Assembly: GCA_036785375.1 (NCBI GenBank)
Contig: JAWMAR010000569.1
Location: 434,001-498,000, forward strand
DNA length: 64,000 nucleotides
Source of the DNA: Leucoraja ocellata
Lineage: Eukaryota
Reading direction: 5' to 3'
The first letter of the stretch is position 1. Every line of letters begins with the position of its first letter. A program made the translations under genes and the position numbers. Shown here one piece after another: positions 36,801 through 48,970 of this stretch. The notes beneath the pieces are model-generated. The model ran no database searches. It was not told where the DNA came from and saw only the letters and a program-made list of their open reading frames with translations.

Positions 36801-37350
36801 GATAAATGCCGAGCTAGATATGGGAAGATTGTGTTATATATAACTAGATGGTATGTTTGTATGAATATTGAATTATCTCCAGATAACTAATCAATATAAT
36901 GTATTTTCTTTTTTTATTTGGTAAGTGAACCACACGGTCTTATTCCAATTTTTTATTTATTCACTTTTTTTTTTCCCCCTATCTACTTATTTTTTTATTT
37001 TGATTGCTGTTTTTCTTATTTTGTTTTATTTATGGTGATGGTGTTGCACTGGTTTGTATATATCACTGAAAAATCAATAAAACTTTAAGTGAAAAAAAAA
37101 AAGTATAGATTGAGAATTGTTGTGTGGAGAATGTATTTTACTGATATTGTTTTAAAAAATATTCTTCTGTCTATTTGCAGAAAAAATACCTGATATCGCA
37201 ACTCCTGCCGAGAATCCTGCGGGTGTTCTGGAAGCAGTGTGTATAGGAGCCGCACTTGTATCAGCAGGACTGATATGTTCTGCTCTGTTTTATGCCTTTC
37301 GCAGAAGCAACTTGATAAAATCTTACAAAATAGCAGGAGAGATACTGTGA
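27817..37350 (+). CDS. vcam1: VCAM-1-like adhesion molecule, copy 2; join(27817..27877,28065..28340,31076..31378,31497..31763,32378..32641,33842..34105,37181..37350), ~534 aa, 5 Ig domains plus TM
   Basis: All introns GT-AG and phase 1; the join is open through signal peptide, five Ig domains, TM and tail RRSNLIKSY (compare VCAM-1 RKANMKGSY); model assumes disrupted exon 7 is skipped. Confidence 0.82.
28065..28340 (+). CDS. vcam1: copy 2 exon 2, Ig D1 (WRIGTDNPL loop)
   Basis: AG acceptor and GTGAGT donor; four-cysteine VCAM-type D1. Confidence 0.9.
28352..30262. mobile_element. DNA transposon with 14-bp TIRs and 7-bp TSD containing a THAP-domain foldback
   Basis: TAGCAATGTTACAA ... TTGTAACATACCTA; TSD GTATTAA at 28345-28351 and 30263-30269; empty site in copy 1 near 4601. 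Confidence 0.82.
28657..28875 (+). pseudogene. THAP zinc-finger remnant (transposase DNA-binding domain)
   Basis: [12 protein letters not shown]...YRIP..., then after a 1-nt frameshift YRVCSLHF (C2CH), followed by a GTAAG donor; inverted degenerate copy at 29000-29260. Confidence 0.72.
31076..31378 (+). CDS. vcam1: copy 2 exon 3, Ig D2
   Basis: AG acceptor, GTAAGT donor, phase 1. Confidence 0.9.
31497..31763 (+). CDS. vcam1: copy 2 exon 4, Ig D3
   Basis: AG/GT, phase 1. Confidence 0.9.
31795..32300 (+). mobile_element. CR1 LINE 3' end in intron 4
   Basis: [12 protein letters not shown] and RGNFFTQR motifs with tail GGGCCGAAGGGCCTGTTTCC. Confidence 0.8.
32378..32641 (+). CDS. vcam1: copy 2 exon 5, Ig domain
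   Basis: [25 protein letters not shown]...[12 protein letters not shown]; phase 1. Confidence 0.87.
32810..33635 (+). mobile_element. Penelope-like retroelement fragment (GIY-YIG) with 13-bp TSD
   Basis: [16 protein letters not shown] motif; TSD AGACAGGTACATG at 32797-32809 and 33636-33648. Confidence 0.9.
33537..33572 (+). ncRNA. Putative minimal hammerhead ribozyme at the Penelope 3' end
   Basis: CAGT-CTGAAGA-A-GGGTTTCGGCCC-GAAAC-GTT-GCC: conserved core, hairpin stem II, palindromic AACGTT stem III. Confidence 0.55.
33842..34105 (+). CDS. vcam1: copy 2 exon 6, Ig domain (tandem duplicate of exon 5)
   Basis: About 5 nt differ from exon 5; intact AG/GT, phase 1. Confidence 0.87.
34735..36513 (+). 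pseudogene. vcam1: copy 2 exon 7 (Ig pseudo-exon) split by a retrotransposon; parts 34735-34895 and 36419-36513
   Basis: [22 protein letters not shown]...FTI and [28 protein letters not shown]|GTAAGT; halves are out of frame even without the insert, and the YxC motif is lost. Confidence 0.78.
34896..36418 (+). mobile_element. Rex1/Babar-type retrotransposon (second family), 5'-truncated
   Basis: Uninterrupted 435-aa RT ORF 34943-36250 (KYADD); (TGAATC)n tail. Confidence 0.92.
36535..37100 (+). mobile_element. L1/Tx1 3' end with poly(A) and 13-bp TSD
   Basis: KKAITRQW...P...W...MEK...W C-terminal motif, AATAAA, A-tail, TSD AAGTATAGATTGA at 36522-36534 and 37101-37113. Confidence 0.85.
37181..37350 (+). 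CDS. vcam1: copy 2 terminal exon: stalk, transmembrane helix, cytoplasmic tail
   Basis: TTTGCAG acceptor; [56 protein letters not shown]. Confidence 0.85.
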
Positions 37351-38433
37351 AGTGTAAACAAAGGATCGAAGGAATGGACATTCACACTTCTAGCACTGAT
37401 CAATCTCTGGGACTGTGCTGCTAGGGGCAGGGAGTTGGGAAATAAAGGTGTTGGGTTATAACACGATTCAAAACATTACCAACAGCTGCTATCTAAAAAG
37501 TGTACAGTAGACAAACTTAGGGCACTTTACTCTGTAATTTGAATGTGTTGGCGTTCTGCAAGGAATAGTACCTAGCTAAGGAAATAGTGCACAAACAATT
37601 CACTTCAAAAAGTTCTCTGGCCTAAACAAATCCATTTTTGATATCTCTCTCCCATGTGCCAGGAACAATTCAAACTATTAGCATTCTTCAGTGAAACAGA
37701 TCTAGTTTTTTCAGATGCAAAATGGTGCTGGACTTGATCCCATCCTTCCCCTGTGGGGAATGGGAGGCCATATGTGAGCCAGGAGCAAGGCACTTTACAC
37801 TTACTGTTCTGCATTCTTCCCAGTACATTTGAACCACTTTTGCAATGAATTCCTAACACATTGAACTGGGACATCTTCCATTGTGGCTGAATCTCGGAAC
37901 TGTGTGCTGGTTTAGGTACTGAACTCTCAGCTGAGGACCATTGGTCGGTGACTCCGTTTTCTGAAGCAGGAACCGGAAATCCAAACCAAATGAATTGTAC
38001 TCATTGAACTAAACTATTGTTAAACTCAATTTGCATTACTGTCCACACATGTTATTTCAATAATTTTTCCTGCAATAATGTAGACGAAACAAATTAATTA
38101 AAATAGTATTTATTTTTTGACTGAATACACCTCTCAAATTAAGTAATTTAAAATAGTAGCAAAGATTTTTCACAATTAGAATATAATATTGTCAACTTTA
38201 CTATTGTCAACATTTGAGAATAATAAGTTTCCAACGTTAAAACCAGGAATTTCAGTGACACTTGCAATCATTTTAAACAAAGTCCAGTTCCAGTACATTT
38301 TGCAATGCTGTCAGTCCAGGAAAGATTGCATGTCTAGAATGAATGATTTGGCTGGTTCTAAAAGCGAGTGAATATCTGAGAACTTGTGTGGACACTTGTA
38401 CTACTGATTATATTGACTAATGTTGCGGGTTTT

Positions 38434-38439
38434 AATAAA
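38434..38439 (+). terminator. Candidate polyadenylation signal of copy 2 (alternative at 37441-37446)
   Basis: AATAAA in an AT-rich stretch free of recognisable repeats after the stop codon. Confidence 0.35.
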
Positions 38440-39135
38440 CTGTATAATTATCTGAGCTCTTTCTCATGATAGTCTGTGAATCCTGATGGTCTGAGATTTA
38501 AATATAATCACAGTAATGTTACTCTATAGGTTCAGTCAAAGCACTTATTGTAAATGTGACAAGTTTATTTGTTTAGAATTTAGCTTTCTAAATCTTCTAC
38601 GTTTATGAAATTTAATATATGGAGAGCAACTTTGATTTAACAAACACTTTTGAGCTGCAGCAAAAATAAACTATACGAGCTGCACAACCTCTTGGGAACC
38701 TGGTATCCCAAAGAAATTGTGATATAGAATATCAATTAGACCGAAATGACTGTCTTTAAAATTCTTATCATTTAAAATGAGTTACTGACACATATAGGTC
38801 AAAGGCCATGTATATAAGATATCACCAATGATTTAAAAAAAGAGTATGGGAGGAGGAAACAGAAAATAAAATAATGATTTGATAATGCAATTATACAACA
38901 AAGTACAACAGAGTGGAAACATTTGAGGAGTAGAGTCGTTTTGAGGTCTTTGTGTTTATTTAGACTAGTTGGATAGTGTTTATTTCCACACTGAAGATTA
39001 TTCCCCGGATCACCAGCCAGGAATAGTGGGTCAGACAAGTACGTGTGAGATAAGGAGAGATTTTAGCTCTCAGAATGTTGTGAATCTTTGGAATTTTCTG
39101 CCCTAGACAGGCATGGAGGTCGTCTTTGAATATAC

Positions 39136-39650
39136 CAGGGCTGCCAACTCTCACGCATTGAGCGTGAGAATCATGCATTTCACCAAATTCTCACGCTCTC
39201 ATGCTGTAACAAATTTCTCACGCTCTGTCGCGAGAAAGTCTGTGATCAACAAGAATTTCAAAACTAATATCAACTGCATGGTCCACAGGTGTTGGAGATC
39301 CGGGGTGGAGGGAGGGATGGAAGCAGAAGGAGCGGCGGGGGTAGATGTTGGTGGGGAGCCGGGGCTGGTGAGTGTTTGCCGGGTTGGCGAGTCTCTCACT
39401 GCAGCTCCAGCTCCAGCTATGGAGCAGCCTCAGTGCAAGAGTACCAGGCTGTCGGAAGCATTGCGCAGGTGCCAGGGGAGTCTCTGTCAAATTCGCCCTG
39501 GTAGCCGCGTGGACCAGGCTGCGGCTCGGTGCATCCTGGAGGACAACCAGTGGCTGCTGGAAGTAGGTACCAAGCACTGGGTAGAAGCGGTGGAAGATAG
39601 TGGCCTTCAATATGGGGGTGGTTGGAGAAAGCATCCTTTTTACCTGCTAG
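39136..39650. mobile_element. hAT-like MITE remnant
   Basis: Begins CAGGGCTGCCAAC followed by palindromic CTCACGC/GCGTGAG subterminal repeats. Confidence 0.45.
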
Positions 39651-41087
39651 ATTTTCACTTACTGTAACTGCAGGAAAAATGTTCCCAATGTTGGGGGAGT
39701 TCATAACTAAGGGCCACAGTTTCGGAATAAGGGGTTGGCCAGTTAGGACTGAGATGAGGCCAAACTTTCTTCACCCAGAGAGTTGTGAATCTGTGGAATT
39801 CTCTGCCACAGAAGGCAGTGGAGGCCAATTCACTGGATGTTTTCAAGAGAGAGTTACATTTAGCTCTTGGGGCTAGCAAAATCAAGGGATATGGGGAAAA
39901 ACCAGGAAGAGGTACTGATTTTAGATGAACAGCCATGATCATATGAAATTGCAATGCTGGCTGAAGGGTTGAATGGCCTATTTCTGCACCTATTTTCTAT
40001 GTTTCTATGCTTGAATATATGGCAATAAAACTCGACCACTTGATTTTGAAGCATTCATGCATGGTGGAGGTATAATGTAGTCATAGAGTGATACAGTGTG
40101 AAAACAGGCCCTTCGGCCCAACTTGCCCACACCCGCCAACATGTCTGAGGTACACTACCTGCTTTTGGTCCATATACCTCCAAACTTGTCCTATCCACGT
40201 ATCAGTCTAACTGTTTCTTAAATGTTGGGATAGTCCCTGCCTCAACTACCACCTCTGGCAGCTTGTTCCATACACTCACCACCCTTTGTGTGGGAAAACG
40301 TTACCCCTTAAAAAGTTACCTCTTAAAAATACTTCAAACAGAAAAACATTGAAATCATACTTCTACAATGCACTAAAACATGATATTAATACATCAAATT
40401 TCAAAAAGTCCATAATGTGGGAGGAGGATGACCCCCCTCCCACACCCTCCCCCCACTCGGTTGCCCCACTCTCTCGCCGGTTACCCCAAGGCCAGTGATC
40501 AGTGATCGCTCAGCCTCCCCACTTTCAAAAACGGTCTGTAGCCCCTGGTTCAGACAGAGAGCACTGCCAGATGTGAGCAGAGAACTGAGGCCAGTTGTCC
40601 GTGATGTCTGGATCCCAATGCTCAGCGCTTCGTGTTTCAGAGTTGGCTAATGTTATTGATTTGTAATTAGCCTGATTTGCAATTAGTTGACAAAACCTTA
40701 ATTTATTAATCCGGAATATCTAGGGGGATGGGATAAGTGTAATATTAAAATGACATGCAATGTGTCGGGCTGTCTGTCACAACATACAGCCCCGACAACC
40801 CATTATTTCCTTCAGTTAAATATTGGGAAGGTAGCACTATTGTCATTTGCCACTCAACTATTATGTTTGTTTACCTCACTGCCTATTTCTAACCTCTCCC
40901 CCTCCAAAGGTCAAGGTCAAAAACTTTATTTGCCATTTGTGCTTACACACATAGGAACTCTTGTGCGGTTGTTCAGAGAGTCAAGTCAAGTCAAGTTAAA
41001 AAGACACACAGAAGACACATAATCTATAAAAACATATACTTCTCTAGAACTAAAAAGGAAAGAAAATGCCTAAAACCCTTATATAAA

Positions 41088-41540
41088 GAGTGCCTTTTTA
41101 CTTCAACCCAAACCCAAACAACTATTTGCAGGCAGTGCTTTTTTACCTCTAACCATATTTTCATTTTCAAACCAAATTAAGGGTACTCACAGTGCTGTAG
41201 ACATTTGTCAGTGCCATTCAGAGCTCTGATTGAGGCACACCACTTGCAGAGACTGATTGAGGCACACCACTTGCAGAGACTGATTGAGGCACACCACTTC
41301 CTGGTTTTATAGTCGCTCCCCTTCCCTCCAGCAGGGGCAGCAGAGAGAATGGGGAATGTTGTAAAAACATTAATATCTCTGTCAATTTTCATCGATGGGA
41401 AATATCCTCGGCACACCTGCGGCGGAGGGGGGCTCTGAGTGAGGTGGCCAAAAATGACGGCCGTAGGTGGCGGCGTACTCTCGGAAACTGCAGCACAGAA
41501 AGCCGAAACCGGTCAAGAACAGAGTTTTAGTAATATAGAT
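41088..41540 (-). mobile_element. Helitron 5' fragment, same family as 14200-20160
   Basis: Shared internal sequence and the terminus TTTTAGTAATATAGA|T. Confidence 0.65.
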
Positions 41541-41552
41541 TACTATAGCAAC

Positions 41553-41970
41553 TTATACTTGTAATAGTTCCTTAAATGCAGACCACGTCTTTTGGAAGTG
41601 GTCTGCTTTGCCTGCTAGAAGGAGTCTCATCTCTTCCAAGTGTAGTGTTTCGAACATGTTTGAAATCCACATTTTTATTGTTGGTATTGGAGCATTTTTC
41701 CAAAATTTGAGTATAAGCTTTTTTCCCATTATTAGCTCGTAATTAAGTAAGTTCTTTTGAAACATGTTTAATTTCGTGTTACCTTCCGATATTCCAAAAA
41801 TGATCCATTCTGCTTTTGGTACAAGTTTTATTTTTAATAATTTTGTGAAGATTTCAAGTATTTTGTTCCAGAATTTTTGGATTTTTATACAAAAAACAAA
41901 AGAGTGCGCTATGGTAGCTTCTTGTGACTGACATTTATCACAAATGGGTGAGACATTTGGGAAAAGTTAA
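41553..41970 (-). mobile_element. L1/Tx1 ORF2 C-terminal fragment
   Basis: SPICDKC..QEATIAH zinc knuckle and KKLILKFWK motif. Confidence 0.75.
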
Positions 41971-43069
41971 TTTATTTTAGAAGGGGCATATTTTAAAGGA
42001 ATGACAGAGATACTTGTAGGGGAATATGTGAGGTGGTTATTATTTCTCTTTAGTTTCAGCTTGAACCAGGACATCTGATGATTCAAAGTTTAATATAGTA
42101 ATTGTGCTGATACTGACTCCAACCAACCACGTAATGAATATCATCCATCCGGAGGTTTTAATTTTCTGATGTCATTTAAACTTCAGTTGGATTTCAATCA
42201 CTTCAATGTAAACGTAATTGGGAATGGGGAGAATTGGAACAAAAATTTGCCCTCAGTACATATTAACTGTAATATAATAATGTACGCATGTTGGTAGGTA
42301 CACTCAAAACAAAGATCTTTTTATCATTGTTGTGCTATGAATACCACAGAAAATATTATGTACTCTTAAGATCACATTAAATAGAATATTATTGCTTAAA
42401 TATATAGTTATTAGACTTTGCATTTCGGAAAAGTCCCAGCTGAGAGGAACACAGCAAAATACTGAAAATATTGGGGGTGAAAATGATTTCAGGACAGTTT
42501 GTTAGGAAAATGAAGGAAGTGGTAACAGAATACGTATACAGCTGAGTGAGTATAATTTTATGGATGAGAAATTGTGTTCAACCAATTGATGACTTATTTG
42601 ACAAAGTAACTAGCATGTTAGATAACAAGGAAGCCAATGGATGGAGCAAATTTTGTTATAAAAAATTGGTCCGTGAAGTGCTTCATAAAAGATAACTGCA
42701 TTAGATAAGCACCTGTGGACTTTAACGTAATAGGTTAAGTCCAGGGGGTCAGAAATTGAGCTTTATGTGTGGGCCAGATATATTGTCAGTGTGGAGGGGA
42801 TAGGAGCAAGGCCAAGTGTGCATCCAGAGTCAAGGTCTGGAATAGTACTAGATGTGCAGTCAAAGCTGGGACAATGGGAGTGTTCAGCACTGGGAACCTA
42901 AGCAGGTAAGCAGCTATGATCAGGGTAGAATAGGGGGCCAGGTGTAAGGCTGGACTCAGGGTCAGGAATGAGAGAAGGCATGCAACTGCAGTCAGGGTCA
43001 GGAGTAGTGCAGTGAGACCCAGGTTGGTCAACATGGGCCAAGTGCTTGATTATAATCTGATTTCCATAC

Positions 43070-46035
43070 ATGAATATGTGAGGAGGGATAGACAGAAAGG
43101 AAAAGGAGGTGGGGTAGCGTTGCTGGTTACAGAGGAGAATAACGCATTAGAAAGGAAAGACATTAGCTTGGAGGATGTGGAATCGATATGGATAGAGCTG
43201 CGAAACACTAAGGGGCAGAAATGCTAGTGGGAGTTGTGTACAGGCCACATAACAGTAGTAGTGGAGTTGGAGATAGCATCAAACAGGAAATTAGAAATGC
43301 ATGCAACAAAGGAAAAATAGTTATAATACGTGACTTCAATCTACATATAGATTGGGTGAATCAAATTGGCTGGGGTGCTGAGGAAGAGGATTTCTTGGAA
43401 TGTATGCGGGATAGGTTTCTAAACCAACATGTAGAGGAACCAACGAGAGAGCAGGCTATTCTAGACTGGGCATTGAGTAATGAGGAAGGGTTAGTTAACA
43501 GTCTTTTTGTGCGTGGCCCCTTGGGCAAGAGTGACTATAATATGGTTGAGTTCTTCATTAGGATGGAGAGTGACATTGTTAATTCAGAAACAAGGGACCT
43601 GAACTTAAAGAAAGGTGACTTTGAGGGTATGAGACGTGGCCAATATAGACTGGCAATTGGTTCTTAAAGGGTTGACGGTGGATATGCAATGGAAGGCATT
43701 TAAAAACTGCATGGATAAACTACAACAATTGTTCATCCCAGTTTGGCAAAAGAATAAATCAGGGAAGGTAGTGCATCCATGGATAACAAAGGAAATCAGG
43801 GATAGCATCAAAACAAAAGATGAAGCATACAAATTAGCCAGAAAAAACAGCCTACCAGAGGACTGGGAGAAATTCAGAGTCCAGCAGAGGAGGACAAAAG
43901 GCTTAATTAGGAAAGGGAAAATAGATTATGAAAGAAAACTGGCAGGGAACATAAAAACTGACTGCAAAAGTTTTTATAGATATGTGAAGAGGAAAAGATT
44001 AGTTAAAACAAATGTACGTCCCTTGCAGTCAGAAACAGGCAAATTGATCATGGGGAACAAGGACATGGCAGACAAATTTAATAACTACTTTGGTCTGTCT
44101 TCACTAAGGAAGACATAAATAATCTGCCGGAAATAGCAAGGGACCGCGGATTAAATGAGATGGAGGAACTGAGTGAAATCCAGGTTAGCCAGGAAGTGGT
44201 GTTAGGTAAATTGAATTGATTAAAGGCCGATAAATCCCCAGGGCCAGATACGTTGCAACCCAGAGTACTTAAGGAAGTAGCTGCAGAAATAGTGGATGCA
44301 TTAGTGATAATTTTTCAAAACTCTTTAGATTCTGGAGTAGTTCCTGAGGACTGGAGGGTAGCTAATGTAACCCCACTTTTTAAAAAGAGAGGGAGAGAGA
44401 AAACGGGGAATTACAGACCAGTTAATCTAACATTGGTGGTGGGGAAAATTCTGCAGTCAGTTATTAAAGATGGGATAGCAGCACATTTGGAAAGTGGTGA
44501 ATTCATTGGACAAAGTCAGCATGGATTTATGAAAGGTAAATCATGTCTGACGAATCTTATAGAATTTTTCGAGGATGTAACTAGTAAAGTGGATAAGGGA
44601 GAACCAGTGGACGTGTTATATCTGGACTTTCAGAAGGCTGTCGACAAGGTCCCACATAAGAGATTAGTATGCAAACTTAAAGCACACGGTATTGAGGGTT
44701 CAGTATTGATGTGGATAGAGAACTGGCTGGCAGACAGGCAGCAAAGAGTAGGAGTAAACGGGTCCTTTTCAGAATGGCAGGCAGTGACTAGTGGGGTACC
44801 GCAAGCAGGGGCAGAAAACCCGGGGGGGGGGGCAGGGGGGACACGTCCCCCCCATGTTTTGAGAGGTGGGGGACATCCCCCCCAAGTTTTTGTGATCCCA
44901 ATTTTAAAATCTCCGCTTTTAGCGCTGGATTGAGCCTCCGAAGCCTCGCGCGTGTGTGTGTGAGTGTGCGCATGCACGCGTGGCCCCCAAAAAATTGTGT
45001 CCCCCGTCCCCTCCATGTTTTGATAGCGAGTTCCGCTCTTGACTGCAAGGCTCAGTGCTGGGACCCCAGCTATTTACAATATATATTAATGATCTGTATG
45101 AGGGAATTGAATGCAACATCTCCAAGTTTGCGGCTGACACGAAGCTGGGGGGCAGTGTTAGCTGTGAGGAGGATGCTAGGAGGCTGCAAGGTTACTTGGA
45201 TAGTTTGGGTGAGTGGGCAAATGCATGGCAGATTCAGTATAATGTGGATAAATGTGAGGTTATCCACTTTGGTGGCAAAAACAGGAAAGTACAATTATCT
45301 GAATGGTGACTGATTAGGAAAAGGGGAGATGCAACGTGACCTGGGTGTCATGGTACACCAGTCATTGAAAGTAGGCATGCAGGTGCAGCAGGCAGTGAAG
45401 AAAGCAAATGGTATGTTAGCATTCATAACAAAAGGATTTGAGTATAAGAGCAGGGAGGTTCTACTGCAGTTCTACAGGGTCTTGGTGAGACCAGACCTGG
45501 AGTATAGCATACAGTTTTTGTCTCCTAATCTGAGGAAAGACAGCGAAGGTTCACCAGACTGATTCCTGGGATGGCAGGACTTTCATATGAAGAAAGACTG
45601 GATAGACTTGGCTTGTACACGCTAGAATTTAGAAGATTGAGGGGGGATCTTATAGAAACTTACAAAATTCTTAAGGGGTTGGACAGGCTAGATGCAAGAA
45701 GATTATTCCCAATGTTGGGGAAGTCCAGAAATATGGGTCACAGTTTAAGGATAAGAGGGAAATCTTTTAGGACTGAGATGAGAAAATCATTTTTTACACA
45801 GAGAGTGGTGAATCTGTGGAATTCTCTGCCACAGAAGGTAGTTGAGGCCAGTTCATTGGCTATTTTTAAGAGGGAGCTAGATGTGGCCCTTGTGGCTAAA
45901 GGGATCAGGGGATATGGAGAGAAGGCAGGGATGGGATACTGAGTTGGATGATCAGCCATGATCATATTGAATGGCGGTGCAGGCTCGAAGGGTCGAATGG
46001 CCTACTCCTGCACCTATTTTCTATGTTTCTATGAA
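43070..46035 (+). mobile_element. CR1 LINE ORF2 (endonuclease plus RT), degenerate, with 3' tail
   Basis: GGGVALL, GVVYRP, NYRPV, QHGF.KGKSCLTNL, SGVPQ, RGDLIETYK; frameshifts; (TTTCTATG)n tail. Confidence 0.92.
44806..45041. mobile_element. hAT MITE inserted in CR1
   Basis: 8-bp TSD ACCGCAAG/ACTGCAAG; termini CAGGGGCAGAA and TTCCGCTCTTG; splits the GVPQ|GSVLG motif. Confidence 0.8.
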
Positions 46036-48526
46036 TACACTAAGATCATTCATGTGCTGCACCTGTTGATCAGAGCCTGGCTCTACTGTGGAATGTAATT
46101 AGGAATGTAATTTAGCCTAATCTTATTTATAGCTAATCCAATTTAAAGCATAAATATTGCATTCAAGTTTAAGATAAAAGACTTGTCACAGTTTGCACCA
46201 GATTGCCCCAATTTAAGCTGAAAAATGCAAAAGCTTTGGGCCTTCATGGACAGTGCACAGATTAATGCAGCACTCTTGTACTATTAACCTGATTACTGCT
46301 GATAAATCCAGCATTGTAAAATGTAATTGGCCTTTGTTCAACACAAGCAAATAAGCAGGAGAGACCTGGTGAAAGTGTCCATGGACTTGGCCCGACTCTA
46401 TTAAAGCCTAGGTTGTTTCCTACTGCATGATAAATTCAGCCCACATTCAGATCAGTGTTGCAGAGCAGTGTTGTTATATATTTTATGTTCAGAAGACTGA
46501 AAAGTTAGCATAGAAACTAACTGTTACTGCCTTAAAGACCAGAGTTCTAAAGCACCACAGTGCCATTTACTGTAAAATCTGAAGCAGATACAAAGGGGAA
46601 TTCTGCGATCTATGGGTAATTTACAAGATTTCTACTAATCCCAGAAGATTCATTTCAGTTCCTATAATTAGACAAAAGGCTGTTTTTTGTTTTATTCAAC
46701 AGCCAGAACCGGTTGGAACAGATCAGACAGCTAATCCACTCAAGCCCTTTGGCCCTTCGAGTCCATGCCGCGCAATGATCACCCGTTCACATTAGTTCTA
46801 TGTTATCCCACTTTCTTATCCACTCCCTACGCACCAGGTTTAGATTTTTAGACCAGGAATCAGTGGAAATGTGACATCCTTTCAAGCAAGTTTGAAAACC
46901 ATCCCTGAACCTTTGTGTAACTCAGAGTCTCTTACTATGACGGAGCTTAGAATTGAGATTCTGTTTTGAGAGTGTATTGTCAGGCTTCTGTACAATGTGG
47001 TCTATCTGATGGAGCAGACTAGGTGTACCTTGGACCACAATACCAAAAATACTGAGAGTAGACAATAATTGGCTTTACCTTCCGATAGATGAAAACCATA
47101 AAACCATAGGACATAGAGACAGAATTAGGCCATTCAGCCTATTGAGTCTCCTCTGCCATTTAATCATGGCTGATCTATTTTTTTTCCTCTCAACCCCTTT
47201 CTCTTGCCTTCTCTCCATAACCTTTGACGCCTTCCCTAATCAAGAACCTATCAATCTCTGCCTTAAAAATACCCAATGACTTGTTGTCCACAATCATCTG
47301 TGGCAATTAATTCTGAGGCTTTTATTCTGAGGCTGTTCCCCAACTGCTTCTAGATTCTCCCATTACTGGAAACATCCTCTCCACATCCACTCAATCTAGG
47401 CCTTTCACGATCCAGTGGGTTTCCATGAGATCCCGCCTCATCCATCTAAACTTCAGCATGTATAGGCCCAGAGTCTTCAAACACTCCGCCTCTGTTAACC
47501 CGAATATCCATGGGATTGTTCTCCTCCGGACCCCCTCCAAAGTCAGCACACCCTTCATCAGATATGAAGCCCAAAACTGTTCATTGGAAGATTTTTGTGG
47601 AGTCATTTTTAGTGGTCCCTCACCAGTGCTTTTAGATGGCGGCTGTGGCTAGTCCAAGTCTCCAAAGCAGATGGGAGGGCATGGAATCAGAGGGGCAAAT
47701 AATAAGCCTTCTGCTGGAATGTTACTAATCCACAGGGCTGATGAAAAACTATCAACCTTCACAACTTCCACTCAAGAACCAATGTCACCCCAATATTTGT
47801 AGGTGAGCTGCAGTATGTGTCTGCATATTCAGAGTTCAGGCTCTTCATTAGACAATGGGCCGAGGGGCCTGTTTCCCTCTCTATTTCTCAATCTAAACTC
47901 ACTCATCGCTGGCACCTGAGGGAGAGCATCAAGAGCTGCAGTGGAGATGTCAGCCTAGCATGAATGTGGCTGAGAATGATGTTCAACACAGTGATCCACC
48001 CGCTTCTTTTGTCAGTGATGATGGTGAGGTCTGCAGATTTCAGAGAAGCACTTTTGGACATGGTATTGCTCTATGCCATCTTACACGGCACAAAAGTTCC
48101 CATAGTTGCGTGCAGCTTGGATTTCTTTGCCAAGTCACTCCAAAACCTGTGTGGCTGCTTTTGCAAGCTCTAGACCTCTTCACATGCTGGGGGTTCGGTT
48201 GTACATCATGTGCAAGGTGTGCAGAGCATTCAGCTTCAATGATACGTGACATTTCACATAAGTATGCCTCAAACCAGTCGGTGTCCTTAAGTTTTTCTTT
48301 TTCGAAGAACCATTTGCAAAAAGTGATTTAGAGCGCTGATTCTTTGAAACCAAATGACAAAATAACAATTATGGCAACAGGGGGTTGAATACTAAGTGGA
48401 ACATATCAGCTGTAACAGCAAAGGAGACATCCTGTTCATTCGGAAATAATTTTGCTCTATGAAGCAGCAGAATGCAGAGTTACTGCCAAACCTTTCATAG
48501 TGAACAATCATCTGTATTTCAGTAAA

Positions 48527-48970
48527 GGGCCTGTCACACTGGGCCTGTCACACTGGGCCGGTCACACTGGGCCTGTCACACTGGGCCTGTCACACTGGGC
48601 CTGTCACACTGGGCCTGTCACACTGGGCCTGCCCACTGGGCCTGTCACACTGGGCCTGCCCACTGGGCCTGTCACACTGGGCCTGTCCCACTGAGCCTGT
48701 CACACTGGGCCTGTCACACTGGGCCTGTCACACTGGGCCTGTCCCACTGGGCCTGTCACACTGAGCCTGTCACACTGAGCTTGTCTCACTGGGCCTGTCC
48801 CACTGGGCCTGTCACACTGAGCCTGTCACACTGAGCCTGTCACACTGGGCCTGCCCACTGGGCCTGTCACACTGAGCCTGTCACACTGAGCTTGTCTCAC
48901 TGGGCCTGTCCCACTGGGCCTGTCACACTGAGCCTGTCACACTGGGCCTGTCACACTGGGCCTGTCACAC
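48527..48970. repeat. 14-bp minisatellite (CTGGGCCTGTCACA)n matching a MITE terminal repeat
   Basis: About 31 units that run directly into the MITE body (CACTTAGGTGATTTTTT). Confidence 0.92.

Noticed and set aside
39113-39704. 184-aa GC-rich ORF
   Set aside because: It lies in a MITE-like remnant and has no recognisable domain
47960-48368. Cluster of short ORFs in unique-looking sequence
   Set aside because: No recognisable motif or splice structure, and stops occur in each frame
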